64,000 nt of DNA from Meiothermus sp. Lineage in GTDB: Bacteria > Deinococcota > Deinococci > Deinococcales > Thermaceae. The translations under genes were made by a program, and so were the position numbers. Shown here piece by piece: positions 48,597 to 58,340 of the stretch (its first letter is position 1; every line of letters begins with the position of its first letter). The notes below the pieces were generated by a model. The model saw nothing but the letters and a program-made list of their open reading frames with translations, was not told the origin of the DNA and did not search any database. Location of the stretch: contig JANRLD010000029.1 in assembly GCA_033762915.1 (NCBI GenBank), positions 1 to 64,000 on the forward strand, read 5' to 3'.

Positions 48597-50036
48597 ATGC
48601 TGGCCCTCGAGATCGCCGACGCCGTTCGGAGCGGCAAGTCCACCCCTAAGGAAGTTCTTCTGGAACACCTCGAGCGCGTCGAGCGCGTCGAGCCCCAGCT
48701 CCACGCTTTCATCACGCTCAACCCCCAGGCTGAGGCCGAGGCCCAGCGCGTGGCCGAGCGCATTGCCCGCGGCGAGCACCTACCGCTGGCCGGGGTCCCC
48801 GTCGCCCTAAAGGACAACATCTGCACCAGAGGCCTGGCCACAAGTGCGGGCTCGAGGGTTCTCGAGCGCTTCGTACCGCCGTACAGCGCCACCGTGGTCG
48901 AGAAACTGCGGGCAGCAGGAGCGGTGGTGCTGGGCAAGGCCAACATGGACGAGTTCGCCCAGGGCTCATCGACCGAGTACTCGGCCTTTGGGCCCACCCG
49001 CAACCCCTGGAGCCTCGAGCACGTCCCCGGCGGCACCTCGGGCGGCTCGGCGGCGGCAGTGGGGGCGGGGATGGTGCCGCTGGCACTGGGAACCGACACC
49101 GGGGGCAGCGTGCGCCAGCCGGCCGGTTTCTGCGGCATTTACGGCTTCAAGCCGACGTACGGGCGCATCTCGCGCTACGGGGTGATCGCCACCGCCAGTA
49201 GCCTGGATCAGGTGGGCACCATGGCCAGAGCCGTGGCCGACCTCGCCGCCCTTACCGACGCGGTCTCCGGCCCTGACCCGATGGACTCCACCAGCCTCGA
49301 GGCCCAGCCCCGCTTCACCCAAGCCCTCGACCCTGCCGAGGGGCCGAATCTCAAAGTGGGCGTGGTCAGGGAAGCCTTTGGCGGAAACACGGCGGGTGTG
49401 GACGAGGCCTGCGAGAACTTCCGCAAGACGCTCGAGGGCCGCGGGGTCCGGTTCATCGAGGTCAGCATTCCTAGCCTCGAGTATGCCCTGGCGGCCTACT
49501 ACATCGTCAACACAGCCGAGATCAGCTCTAACCTGGCCCGCTACGACGGCACCCTATACGGCTCGAGGGCATCGGGAGAGGACATGCTCGAGACCATGAT
49601 GCTCACCCGCGAGCAGGGCTTCGGCCCCGAGGTGAAGCGCCGCATCCTAATGGGCACTTTCGCGTTGTCGTCGGGCTACTACGACGCCTACTACGGCAAG
49701 GCGCTGCGGGCCAGGGCCAAGCTCAAGGCCGACTTCGAGGTGGCCTTCGGCCAGGCCGACCTGCTGCTTACCCCCACCAGCCCCTTCCCAGCCTTCAAGT
49801 TCGGCTCCAAGACCGCCGATCCCCTCTCGATGTACCTCGCCGATATCGACACCGTGGCTATCAACCTCGTCGGTGTCCCGGCAATGTCCATCCCGGCCGG
49901 CTTTGAGGAGGGGCTGCCGGTGGGGGTGCAGCTCATCGGCAAGCCCCTGCACGACGAAGTGATTTTCCGCGCCGCGTTGGCCTTTGAACAGGCCACCGAC
50001 CGCGAGTTTGTCCGAACGGCAAGCACGGGCCTGTAG
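48597..50036 (+). CDS. gatA: Asp/Glu-tRNA amidotransferase subunit A
   Basis: KDNI, NMDEFA, GGTSGGSAAAV, DTGGSVRQP, SSNLARYDG, EVKRRI. Confidence 0.96.
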   Translation: MLALEIADAVRSGKSTPKEVLLEHLERVERVEPQLHAFITLNPQAEAEAQRVAERIARGEHLPLAGVPVALKDNICTRGLATSAGSRVLERFVPPYSATVVEKLRAAGAVVLGKANMDEFAQGSSTEYSAFGPTRNPWSLEHVPGGTSGGSAAAVGAGMVPLALGTDTGGSVRQPAGFCGIYGFKPTYGRISRYGVIATASSLDQVGTMARAVADLAALTDAVSGPDPMDSTSLEAQPRFTQALDPAEGPNLKVGVVREAFGGNTAGVDEACENFRKTLEGRGVRFIEVSIPSLEYALAAYYIVNTAEISSNLARYDGTLYGSRASGEDMLETMMLTREQGFGPEVKRRILMGTFALSSGYYDAYYGKALRARAKLKADFEVAFGQADLLLTPTSPFPAFKFGSKTADPLSMYLADIDTVAINLVGVPAMSIPAGFEEGLPVGVQLIGKPLHDEVIFRAALAFEQATDREFVRTASTGL

Positions 50037-50386
50037 TGTGGCGTGGGGTTGGCCTAGGCAGAAGTCCTCGAGGCTGTCGGGGCATTTCCTAGGTGTCTCT
50101 ATCGTTGCAATGCGAAATGTCGCCCGCCAGCTCCGAAGGGAATTGCGCCTCGAGTAGCCACTCCGCCCAGGCACGAATTTGCCGCTTCCGCCGATTCCGC
50201 ACTTCTACCCTGGCGCAACTTAGCGGCCTTTACCCTTCCCTTAGGGACTGTCACAGCCAGGTAAGCTGCGGTATACTTCCGCAAGTCTTTTCAGGTCGTC
50301 TTGGCCTGGTTACAACAGAAATTTTTGCGGGTTCGTTTCCTCATGCCCCTATGAATGCATTCCCACACCCTTCCCAAGGTCCCTCG

Positions 50387-51169
50387 ATGAGCCCGACCCA
50401 CTACCGCCTTGCTACCCGCCTGGTGCGGCATCTGCGCGAGCGGGGGGCGGCTGTGGACGAGGCGGAACTCGTGGAGCAGGCCCTGGCCGCGTCCCAGGTG
50501 CCCGGCGGGGCCTGGAGCAGCGGGCTGCTACACAGCCTGCTGGACGGGCGCTTCCAGCGCCAGACGGGGCGGGTTGGGCTGTGGGAGTGGGCCTATGGCT
50601 TCCCCAACAACGGGGAGGCGGTCACGGTATTGGACATCGAGACCACCGGCCTCTCTCCGGAGCACCACGAGATCATTGAGGTGGCGCTGGTGCGCCTCGA
50701 GAACGGCCGTCGCACTTCCTTCGACCGGCTGGTCAATCCCGGCACCCACATCCCCAGCTTCATCACCCGCCTGACCGGCATCCGTACCGCAGACGTCAGC
50801 GAGGCTCCCGACATCGGGAGCGTGCTCGAGGAGGCCTGGCCCCTGCTCGAGGGCTCCACCCTCATCATCCAAAACGCCGGGTTCGATCTGGGCTTTTTAC
50901 AGCCCCGGCTGCGGCGACTGGGGTACAAGCTAGAAAACCCTGTAGTCGACACCATAAACTGGGCCAGGAGAGCCCTCCCAGGCCTCAGCAAGCGCGGCCT
51001 GGATGCCCTGGCTTGGGCCTTCGACCTGGGGCCAATCGAGGGCCGTCACCGCGCCCTGGGCGACGTAGAGACAACCCTGCGCGTAGCCCACGAGATGTAC
51101 TACATGCTTTCGGCGGGCCGCGCCGTGCCCGCTCGATCCCTCCTGAACGCCGGTTTTCACCGAGGCTGA
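50387..51169 (+). CDS. DEDDh 3'-5' exonuclease (DnaQ-like)
   Basis: LDIETTG, NAGFD, HRALGD; start may be 50351. Confidence 0.9.
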   Translation: MSPTHYRLATRLVRHLRERGAAVDEAELVEQALAASQVPGGAWSSGLLHSLLDGRFQRQTGRVGLWEWAYGFPNNGEAVTVLDIETTGLSPEHHEIIEVALVRLENGRRTSFDRLVNPGTHIPSFITRLTGIRTADVSEAPDIGSVLEEAWPLLEGSTLIIQNAGFDLGFLQPRLRRLGYKLENPVVDTINWARRALPGLSKRGLDALAWAFDLGPIEGRHRALGDVETTLRVAHEMYYMLSAGRAVPARSLLNAGFHRG

Positions 51170-51190
51170 GGTCCTTCTGGAGCGCCCCCT

Positions 51191-52330
51191 ATGACCACCG
51201 CACGCTACATCCTGACGACCACCTGCCTTTCTACGGGCACCATGAGCCTGACCCAGTCGCTGCGGGCCTACTTGCAGGGCCACAGCACGGTTGACCTGCG
51301 CGACGAGGAGGGCGAGACCTACAGCGCCAGCGTCAACTGGGCCGCCAACCGCCTAGAGGGTCTGGCCCCCTACTACGCCAAGCGCCGCCTGAGCGCCAAC
51401 GACAAGATCGCCCTGCACCTGGGGGCGGATGAAATCGGACTCGAGGCCCTGACCCCCGCCGCCAAGTCGGCCAAGCCGCGCGGCACAGCCCACACTGAGC
51501 GCGAAGCAGTGCGCCCGACGCCTGAGCGAATCGAGCGCCCTGAAAGCCCGCTCAAGCCCGAGAAGCGGGTCAAGGTGACTCCCTACCCGCGCGAGGTGAT
51601 GTTCCCCCAGGTACCCCTGCGCTCCGAGGTTCCAGCGATTACCGCCGAACTCGAGCAGCTCGGGCTGGTGCGCGACTCCATCACCGCGCCCTGGGTGTAC
51701 CGGGCCGCGATGGGGCGGCGCAGCTTCAGTCTGGCCCTGGTGAAGTTCGGCGAGATGGAGGCCAGGGAGTTGCTGGCCCACCGCCAAGCTGGAAAGGCCC
51801 AGTACGCCGCCATTGTGGCCGGGGAGTCCTCCAAGACCGAGGCCATGACCGAGATCGACAGCGTGCGCCCCTCCGGCCTCAGCCAGCAGGGCCTGATCTT
51901 CATTTCTCCGGAGGCCCTCCAGCGCATGGTCAAGCTAAAGGCGGCCTTCCCGGTCGGGGCCCTGGACCTCGAGAAACTCTTGCGCTCAGGGCAAGTCGAC
52001 CTCGAAAGTATCGCCGCGCTGGAGCAGGAGATTTCCGGGGTGCTGGGCGAGCGGGGCCACTTCTCAACCGTCCTCACCCTCCTGGCCGACCTGCCCCCGC
52101 AGCAGATCTTCCTGCTCGCCGACCTGATGCCCACTGCCCGCGAGATGGCCCTCGAGGCCGACCACCTCCAGAGCGTTCTCGAGAGCCTGAGCAACCCTCC
52201 CTTCCTGCTGCTCAAGCGCCTCTCCCCCGGCGAGTTCCTGATGCGTCAGACGGTATCGCAGGCCCTTGCCGACTGGGCCGAGTACGCACACATCATGACC
52301 AACCGGCTCGAAGAGGTGTTGGAGCGTTGA
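51191..52330 (+). CDS. hypothetical protein
   Basis: 379-aa ORF with host codon usage. Confidence 0.8.
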   Translation: MTTARYILTTTCLSTGTMSLTQSLRAYLQGHSTVDLRDEEGETYSASVNWAANRLEGLAPYYAKRRLSANDKIALHLGADEIGLEALTPAAKSAKPRGTAHTEREAVRPTPERIERPESPLKPEKRVKVTPYPREVMFPQVPLRSEVPAITAELEQLGLVRDSITAPWVYRAAMGRRSFSLALVKFGEMEARELLAHRQAGKAQYAAIVAGESSKTEAMTEIDSVRPSGLSQQGLIFISPEALQRMVKLKAAFPVGALDLEKLLRSGQVDLESIAALEQEISGVLGERGHFSTVLTLLADLPPQQIFLLADLMPTAREMALEADHLQSVLESLSNPPFLLLKRLSPGEFLMRQTVSQALADWAEYAHIMTNRLEEVLER

Positions 52331-52392
52331 GCCGGGGCGATTGAAGAAACAACAACCCGCGGCTGGGGACGGGGTCGCGCCCGTCCAACGCC

Positions 52393-53535
52393 TCAACGCA
52401 AATTGATGCTGTACGAACCCGGACCCGGCACGGTGATGAGTTGTTCGATGGGAGTTCGGCCCATCACCCGGATGCGAATGCGGTAGACGCCGGGGCGGTC
52501 GAAGACGATCTGGCCGGGCAGGCTCAGCACCACCGTGTTGATGGGCATGCTCGAGCCGCTGGGCGCCTCCAGGATGAGGATATTGGCGTTGGCGGTGGAT
52601 GGGTTGATGCGGAACTCCACCGGGAACTCGGTGGGCTGAGTAACAGCGGGGGTCGACGGGGTGCGGTTGAGGTACAGCCAGTACCCTCCCGCCGCCAGTC
52701 CGGCGACCACTACGGCGACCAGCAACCAGGGCAAGAGACCGGTTCTGGGCCGAGGCTGCCCGTACTCCGGCAGGGCAGGCTGCACCACCGGCTCGCTGAT
52801 CTTTACCCGGCGGGGCTGGGGGGTGGGCGGCTGCTGGCCAACTGCCCCGCCGTCCCTGGACTCGCCCTCCAAAACCTTGAGGGTCTTGCTGGTGCTGAGG
52901 GGCTTGGGCTCGGCGGGCGGCGGCGGCGGGGCAGGTTCGGGGGCAGCAACCACCGGAATTGAGGGGCTCGAGAGCGGCTCGGCGGGGGCGGCCTCGAGCC
53001 TCTCCTTGAGCTCCTGGTACTCCACGCTGCCTTCGCAGTAACCCTCGAGGGCCTCGCGCCATGGCAGGTCCGCGTAGCCGTCGCCGGCCATGCGCCGTAC
53101 CGAGGCCAGCAGGCCTGCGAAGTCCCAGTTCCGCCCCTCGGCCGGCACTCCAACCCCGGCCAGCCAGACCTTGGATCCCCTGGCCCAGATCAGCTCGGGA
53201 AGGATGTGGCCGACAGAGATGTTTTGGACCTGGGCCTGATGGACCAGCTCAACCAGTTGCCGCGTCCATTGGGCCACCCGGCCCAACTCCACACGGCCCG
53301 CCAGCAGCGAGGTCTGCACCGCCCCCATCGGCACGCCCGCGACCCAGGCACCTTCGGGCTGGTCTATCCAAGGAATCATCGCGGGGAGACCGGGCTTGGG
53401 CGCTGGACCGCTGGTGGGGCGGAAGACCAGCACCGTGACGCCGGTGCGAACGTCCTGGCCTTCGAAGATCTCGAGGTCGCTCGAGTCCCCTGAGAGAATA
53501 GGTTCGCGCAAGAGGTAGTGTCCCAGGTTCTCCAT
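52393..53535 (-). CDS. membrane protein with degenerate kinase-like N-terminus and Pro-rich linker
   Basis: GHILPELIW resembles a degenerate kinase loop; single TM segment; start at ATG 53535 (or 53565). Confidence 0.7.
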   Translation of the reverse strand: MENLGHYLLREPILSGDSSDLEIFEGQDVRTGVTVLVFRPTSGPAPKPGLPAMIPWIDQPEGAWVAGVPMGAVQTSLLAGRVELGRVAQWTRQLVELVHQAQVQNISVGHILPELIWARGSKVWLAGVGVPAEGRNWDFAGLLASVRRMAGDGYADLPWREALEGYCEGSVEYQELKERLEAAPAEPLSSPSIPVVAAPEPAPPPPPAEPKPLSTSKTLKVLEGESRDGGAVGQQPPTPQPRRVKISEPVVQPALPEYGQPRPRTGLLPWLLVAVVVAGLAAGGYWLYLNRTPSTPAVTQPTEFPVEFRINPSTANANILILEAPSGSSMPINTVVLSLPGQIVFDRPGVYRIRIRVMGRTPIEQLITVPGPGSYSINLR

Positions 53536-53683
53536 AGCTGTGGTCACGCCGAACTCCCAGGCCATTGAAGCGGGCCGTATGCAGAGTATATGGAACCCAT
53601 CTTACCTCGGCTATGTTTCTCAAGCACGCCTTTACTCTTCACACATCCGGTAACGCCGCACGCCTCAAGGTACACGCATCACG

Positions 53684-53713
53684 TTGACACCCCTTTTTTA
53701 CAGAAACTATAAT
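53684..53713 (+). promoter_or_regulatory. consensus sigma70 promoter
   Basis: TTGACA-18 bp-TATAAT. Confidence 0.75.
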
Positions 53714-53808
53714 CGGGCTGTCTAGGTTGGAGGCGTCCGCACGGCTTGGCGAAAAACCCCCAGAAGGGCCGACGTGTTCTACGACCCAGCGGTTTGAAAG
53801 GAGACAGG

Positions 53809-54177
53809 ATGGAGTATAAGGTGACCCTCTCCACCGAGGAAATCGTGCGCGGCCTTAAGCATTACCGTCGGATTGCCAAGCAGGACGTTCTTCGCGCCCC
53901 GGAGACACCCAACCCTGAAGTGTTCCGCATCCACGCCGAGGCAAGACGTGAAGTTTACGCCAAGCTGGCCGAAGTCGCCGAGGCCCAGGGACCCGATAAC
54001 GTAGTCGGAGAGGCCTTAGAGCACTATCAAAAGCTCCCGTTTGTGACGGGAACCGCCGAGGACGCCCACCCGGAGATCAAGGGCCAGGAGAACGCCCTCG
54101 AGAACTTTTTCTTGATGATCGGCCTCGACCCCAAGGTGCGCCGCGAGGCCCGCAAGGCGCGCAAGCCGCTGGAGTGA
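53809..54177 (+). CDS. hypothetical protein (122 aa)
   Basis: AAGGAG RBS, strong promoter upstream. Confidence 0.85.
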   Translation: MEYKVTLSTEEIVRGLKHYRRIAKQDVLRAPETPNPEVFRIHAEARREVYAKLAEVAEAQGPDNVVGEALEHYQKLPFVTGTAEDAHPEIKGQENALENFFLMIGLDPKVRREARKARKPLE

Positions 54178-54674
54178 AGAGAGAAAAGGTCATCGTATAA
54201 AGTGAACACACAGGGCTTAGGGAGGGGTTTGGGCCAAGGCCGACCCCGCCTAAGCCCTAAACTTTTGGCCCCCGGCGGTCGATAGGGCGGGTATCGCCAT
54301 GGCTCAGTTACAGTAATTGTCTGAGGCCCTCCAAGCCACCGCCCTCAACTTGAGGTCAAGTCCCGGAGTTCTCTTCGCGGACACAATCGCATGGTGTCAG
54401 AACCCGTCGGCACTCCCAGGGTTGACAAGAACCGCCATGCCTTGATCCACCCGTAAGGATGGCAGCAGCCAGGTAATCTGCCGATGAGGCTGCGGGGGGT
54501 GTCTTGGTAACACGGCCTTGAAGGGCCAGCAGTAGGACGACGGTTTGCGGCGAAAATCAGGTCGGGCCGTAGTGCTTTTCAGGTGACTAAACAGCGAAGT
54601 CCACCCAGACTACACGACCAACGCAGACACCTGACGGCCGTGCCTGACGCGCTGAATACTTGTACCCGCCCAGT

Positions 54675-55811
54675 TCAAATAGGCTGTGGATCGAGCTTCA
54701 GCTGAATGGCCTCATGGATGCCGCTGGCCTTACCCTGTAAATAACCTCCCTGATAACCCCGCTGCAATCCCACGATTTCAGCCATGGCGGCGAGGGCAAT
54801 CTCCTCGGGGCTTTCAGCCCCAATGTCCACTCCGATGGGGTTACGCATCCGGCTCCTCTGTTGCGCCGTGGGCACAAACCCCTCGAGTTCCAGGGCAGCC
54901 AAAATCTTATCCAGCCGGTTGCTGGGACCCAGAACGCCCACATAGCGGGCGGGCGACTCGAGGGCAAAGCGCAGCACCTTGCGGTCTATCTCGAGGTGGT
55001 GGTTCATCACGATGATGTTGTGCCGGGCCTCGAGGGCCACTTTCACGGCATACTCCTCCGGGGCGGCCTGAACCAAGGTGCAGTTAGAGAAGCCCGCCAG
55101 CAGGTCGGCCCGTGCGTCCACCACCGTAACGCGGTAACCCAGGAACAGGGCCTGGTTGGCCATCGGCTTGGCATCGTGACCCGCCCCAAAAATCAGCAGC
55201 TCGGGAACAGGGCTGCTCAGGTCAAAGAAGACCTCGGCCTCCTGGCCGTCTGTCGGTGACGCCTGAGTGTGCCGGCCCACCTTCTGAATGTAGCGGGTGG
55301 CGGGGCGGGAGAGGCCGTTGAGCATATTGCGGGCGGTGCGGACGACGTTCTCCTGGAGCTCGGGCGGCTGAATCTGCCCTTCCACGCGTCCATCGGCGCG
55401 CACCCAGACCCGCCCTTCTCCCCCACCGATCACTGTGGCCAGCACCGATAGCTCGTGCTGCGAATGCCTCAGCCAGTCCACCATCTGGTCGCCAGGGCTG
55501 ATGGGCTCCACCCACACCTCAACCGTACCGCCACAGCCCGGCCACCAGGTCTTTTCCTCGTCGTAGTCGAAAACGGTGCGGCCCGCCTTGCCCCCCGCGA
55601 GCATCTGCATGGCGATCTCGATCATCTCCTGCTCGAGGCAGCCTCCCGAGATCATGCAAGTCGAGCCCCCGTCAGAGCGAACCAGCATCTTGGCCCCGGC
55701 CCGACGGTAGGCCGAGCCGATCACCCGAACCACCGTGGCCAGTGCCGCCTCGCGGCCCTCTGCCCAGGCTGCCTCGAGTCCCTCCAAGAGCATCGCGGTT
55801 TCGTTGGACAT
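54675..55811 (-). CDS. XdhC/CoxI-family accessory protein
   Basis: GSAYRRAGAKM, ISGGCLE, FGAGHDA, PIGVDIGAESPEEIAL. Confidence 0.93.
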   Translation of the reverse strand: MSNETAMLLEGLEAAWAEGREAALATVVRVIGSAYRRAGAKMLVRSDGGSTCMISGGCLEQEMIEIAMQMLAGGKAGRTVFDYDEEKTWWPGCGGTVEVWVEPISPGDQMVDWLRHSQHELSVLATVIGGGEGRVWVRADGRVEGQIQPPELQENVVRTARNMLNGLSRPATRYIQKVGRHTQASPTDGQEAEVFFDLSSPVPELLIFGAGHDAKPMANQALFLGYRVTVVDARADLLAGFSNCTLVQAAPEEYAVKVALEARHNIIVMNHHLEIDRKVLRFALESPARYVGVLGPSNRLDKILAALELEGFVPTAQQRSRMRNPIGVDIGAESPEEIALAAMAEIVGLQRGYQGGYLQGKASGIHEAIQLKLDPQPI

Positions 55812-55943
55812 AAACTGACCTTAGCCACAGTCTACGGCAGATTCCAAGAGGGATATGTCCCCCTCCAGTCACATTTGCCCGGCTTGCACAGCCTCTAGAC
55901 AACCCGGTGTTAGACTTAATCGCTTTTCAGTGGAGGCTTAGAC

Positions 55944-56528
55944 ATGAACGGACTAATGGATTTACTGGGCGGTGCACTCAATCAAGGCAACATCGGCCAA
56001 ATGGCCCAGCACCTCGGCGCTTCCGAGGGTCAGGTGCAAAGCGCTATCGGGATTGCCCTGCCTGCACTGCTTCAAGGCTTGCAGCGCAATGCCAGCGACC
56101 CTCAGGGTGCGGCCTCGCTGATGGGGGCACTCGACCGCGACCACGACGGCAGCGTGCTCGACGACATCGGCGGCCTGCTCAACGGCTTCCAGCAGGGCCC
56201 CGGGTCTGGCATATTGGGCCACGTGCTAGGCACCTCCCAACCAGTGGTGCAGCAGGGCATCGGCCAGGCTACTGGCCTCAATTCGGGACAGATCGGCAAC
56301 CTGCTGCAGATGCTGGCCCCGGTGGTGATGGGCAGCCTGGGCAAGACCACCCGCAGCCAGGGCGTGGGGGCCGACGGCCTGGCCGGTCTGTTGGGCATGG
56401 TCACCGGCCAGCTGCAACAGCAGCAGCCTCAGGCCTTCAACCTGGTCAACATGCTCCTCGACCAGAACAAGGACGGCAACGTGGTGGACGACGTGTTCCG
56501 GCTGGTAGGCAACTTCCTGAAGCGCTAA
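55944..56528 (+). CDS. DUF937-family protein
   Basis: DRDHDGSVLDD, ILGHVLG, LDQNKDGNVVDD; GGAGG RBS. Confidence 0.85.
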   Translation: MNGLMDLLGGALNQGNIGQMAQHLGASEGQVQSAIGIALPALLQGLQRNASDPQGAASLMGALDRDHDGSVLDDIGGLLNGFQQGPGSGILGHVLGTSQPVVQQGIGQATGLNSGQIGNLLQMLAPVVMGSLGKTTRSQGVGADGLAGLLGMVTGQLQQQQPQAFNLVNMLLDQNKDGNVVDDVFRLVGNFLKR

Positions 56529-56827
56529 AGCCAAATGGAACCCGGTCCGGGTCGGCAGGCCGACCCGGACCTTTTTTGGTTGCCAAGAGAAAAGAACTGC
56601 GGCATCCATGCAACCGATCCCAATCCGCTAGATTCATGGTTCTAGGCTCACTGCTATCAGCCCTCAGAGCTTCCCCGCCGACTCTCCCAGCCTTTAGAGC
56701 GGCCGGCACCATCCTATCCACGAATCGCACACATCATCGAAAGGCGGAGTCGGCTTATCCCCCGACTCCGCTCTCCTGTGTTTGCCTTGGCCAACCCTTA
56801 GGGGTTTGCCGCCCACGGCTTCTTAGC

Positions 56828-57334
56828 TCACGGACAGTTGTCAATCACCGGGATGCCGGGAAAGGTCAGCCGCACCGCGCTGCCGTTGGTGGCAAAGACC
56901 GAAAGCTCGAGCCTCGTCGCGCCAATCTCTCTGGGCTGGGGCACTGGGGTGACGGTGATGCTCTGCGGGCTTACGCTGAGGGGAGCGGTCTGCTCTCCCA
57001 ACACCCACCGGACGGTAATTCGGCTGTTCTGATTGGTGTAGGCCCCACTCGAACGCGACATGCTGAGGGTGTTGGTGACCTGGCCGGTGCGCTCGCCGAC
57101 CAGTCTGGAGTCCCAACGCGCGATCCGATCAAACTCGTTGTAGATGAAGCTGTAGGTGAGGGTGGTGGGCTTGTTGTCGCAGATGAAGGAACGCCCCCGG
57201 GCGTCGCGAAAGTTGCTTTCGTAGCGCAGGTCGGCGATCAGGAGTGCGGTCTCGGGGTTGTTGCCCACCTGAACGGCAGGAAAACAGGCGGTGAGTGCGA
57301 GGCCAAGCAGGGCCAGGGCGGTAAGTCTGTTCAT
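56828..57334 (-). CDS. putative lipoprotein
   Basis: MNRLTALALLGLALTAC lipobox; GGAG RBS. Confidence 0.8.
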   Translation of the reverse strand: MNRLTALALLGLALTACFPAVQVGNNPETALLIADLRYESNFRDARGRSFICDNKPTTLTYSFIYNEFDRIARWDSRLVGERTGQVTNTLSMSRSSGAYTNQNSRITVRWVLGEQTAPLSVSPQSITVTPVPQPREIGATRLELSVFATNGSAVRLTFPGIPVIDNCP

Positions 57335-57606
57335 GACTCCAGGTTGCCTCGAGGCGCCGGCGAAAACCTGTGCAAAGGCTAAAACAGGGTTTAGAAAGGG
57401 CTTTGTCACCACGCTTAGTGAAGTTTCTTCATCCGTCGCAGCAGAGACAGAACCATCAGACGTATCCTGGTACAGCGGCCGCTCAACCTGTTCGGGCGAC
57501 TGGCTTTGCACCCCCATGTGCGCCCTTGGTCGAGCCAAGCATTGCAACCGAAGAGCTTCCCTTACCTTTTTAGACCTAACTCCCCCCACTTTGTTAGACT
57601 CTCCGC

Positions 57607-58062
57607 ATGGCCTATTGGTTGATGAAGTCCGAACCCGACGTGTTCAGCATTGACGACCTGAAAAAGCAAAAGACCTCGCTGTGGGACGGGGTGCGCAACT
57701 ACCAGGCCCGCAACTACCTGAGGCAGATGGCGGTGGGCGATACGGCCTTCTTCTATCACTCGAGCACCGAGCCCCCCGGGATCGTGGGGCTGTGCAAGGT
57801 GACCCAGACCCAAGTACCCGACCCCACCCAGTTCGACCCTACGTCCGAGTATTTCGACCCAAAAAGCCCGCCGGAAAACCCCCGTTGGTGGACCGTCAAG
57901 GTAAAGTTCGAGCGCAAGCTTGGCACTATGGCCACCCTCGAGGCCCTACGCCAGAGCTTCACCCCAGACGAGCTCGAGCTGGTGCGCCGGGGCTCGAGGC
58001 TCTCGGTGATCCCGGTTTCAGATGAGGTGGCGGTACGGATTTTGGCTATGGTGGAGAGATAG
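57607..58062 (+). CDS. EVE-domain protein
   Basis: YWLMKSEP, WDGVRNYQARN, RLSVIPV. Confidence 0.95.
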   Translation: MAYWLMKSEPDVFSIDDLKKQKTSLWDGVRNYQARNYLRQMAVGDTAFFYHSSTEPPGIVGLCKVTQTQVPDPTQFDPTSEYFDPKSPPENPRWWTVKVKFERKLGTMATLEALRQSFTPDELELVRRGSRLSVIPVSDEVAVRILAMVER

Positions 58063-58340
58063 CCGGATCGACGGCCAAGGCAATTTCATGTGGCGCACGC
58101 CACTCCGCCCAGACAAGTAGCTGCCGCGTCCGCCGGTTTCGCAAATCTACCCTGGCGCAACCCAAAGTGTGCGCAATGTACACCGCACTTTCGCGTCTTT
58201 GCGAACGGGGTACGTTTATAACTATAGTGAGCGCGGTTCGCACAGACCCTTAGGGTGATTTACGTCGATAAGCGAGGCGTAGTGGCAAAAACCTTGAATA
58301 GGTGCCTCAAGGCCCACCAGAGACCGACCTTTACCCTCTC

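Noticed and set aside
54180..54674. ncRNA or gene in a ~500-bp intergenic region
   Set aside because: Only one hairpin (GGGCTTAGG...CCTAAGCCC); no recognisable RNA family or credible ORF.
55907..57382. 491-aa ORF and many similar long alternative-frame ORFs in the track
   Set aside because: They overlap well-supported genes and are Arg/Pro/Gly-rich shadow frames typical of high-GC DNA.
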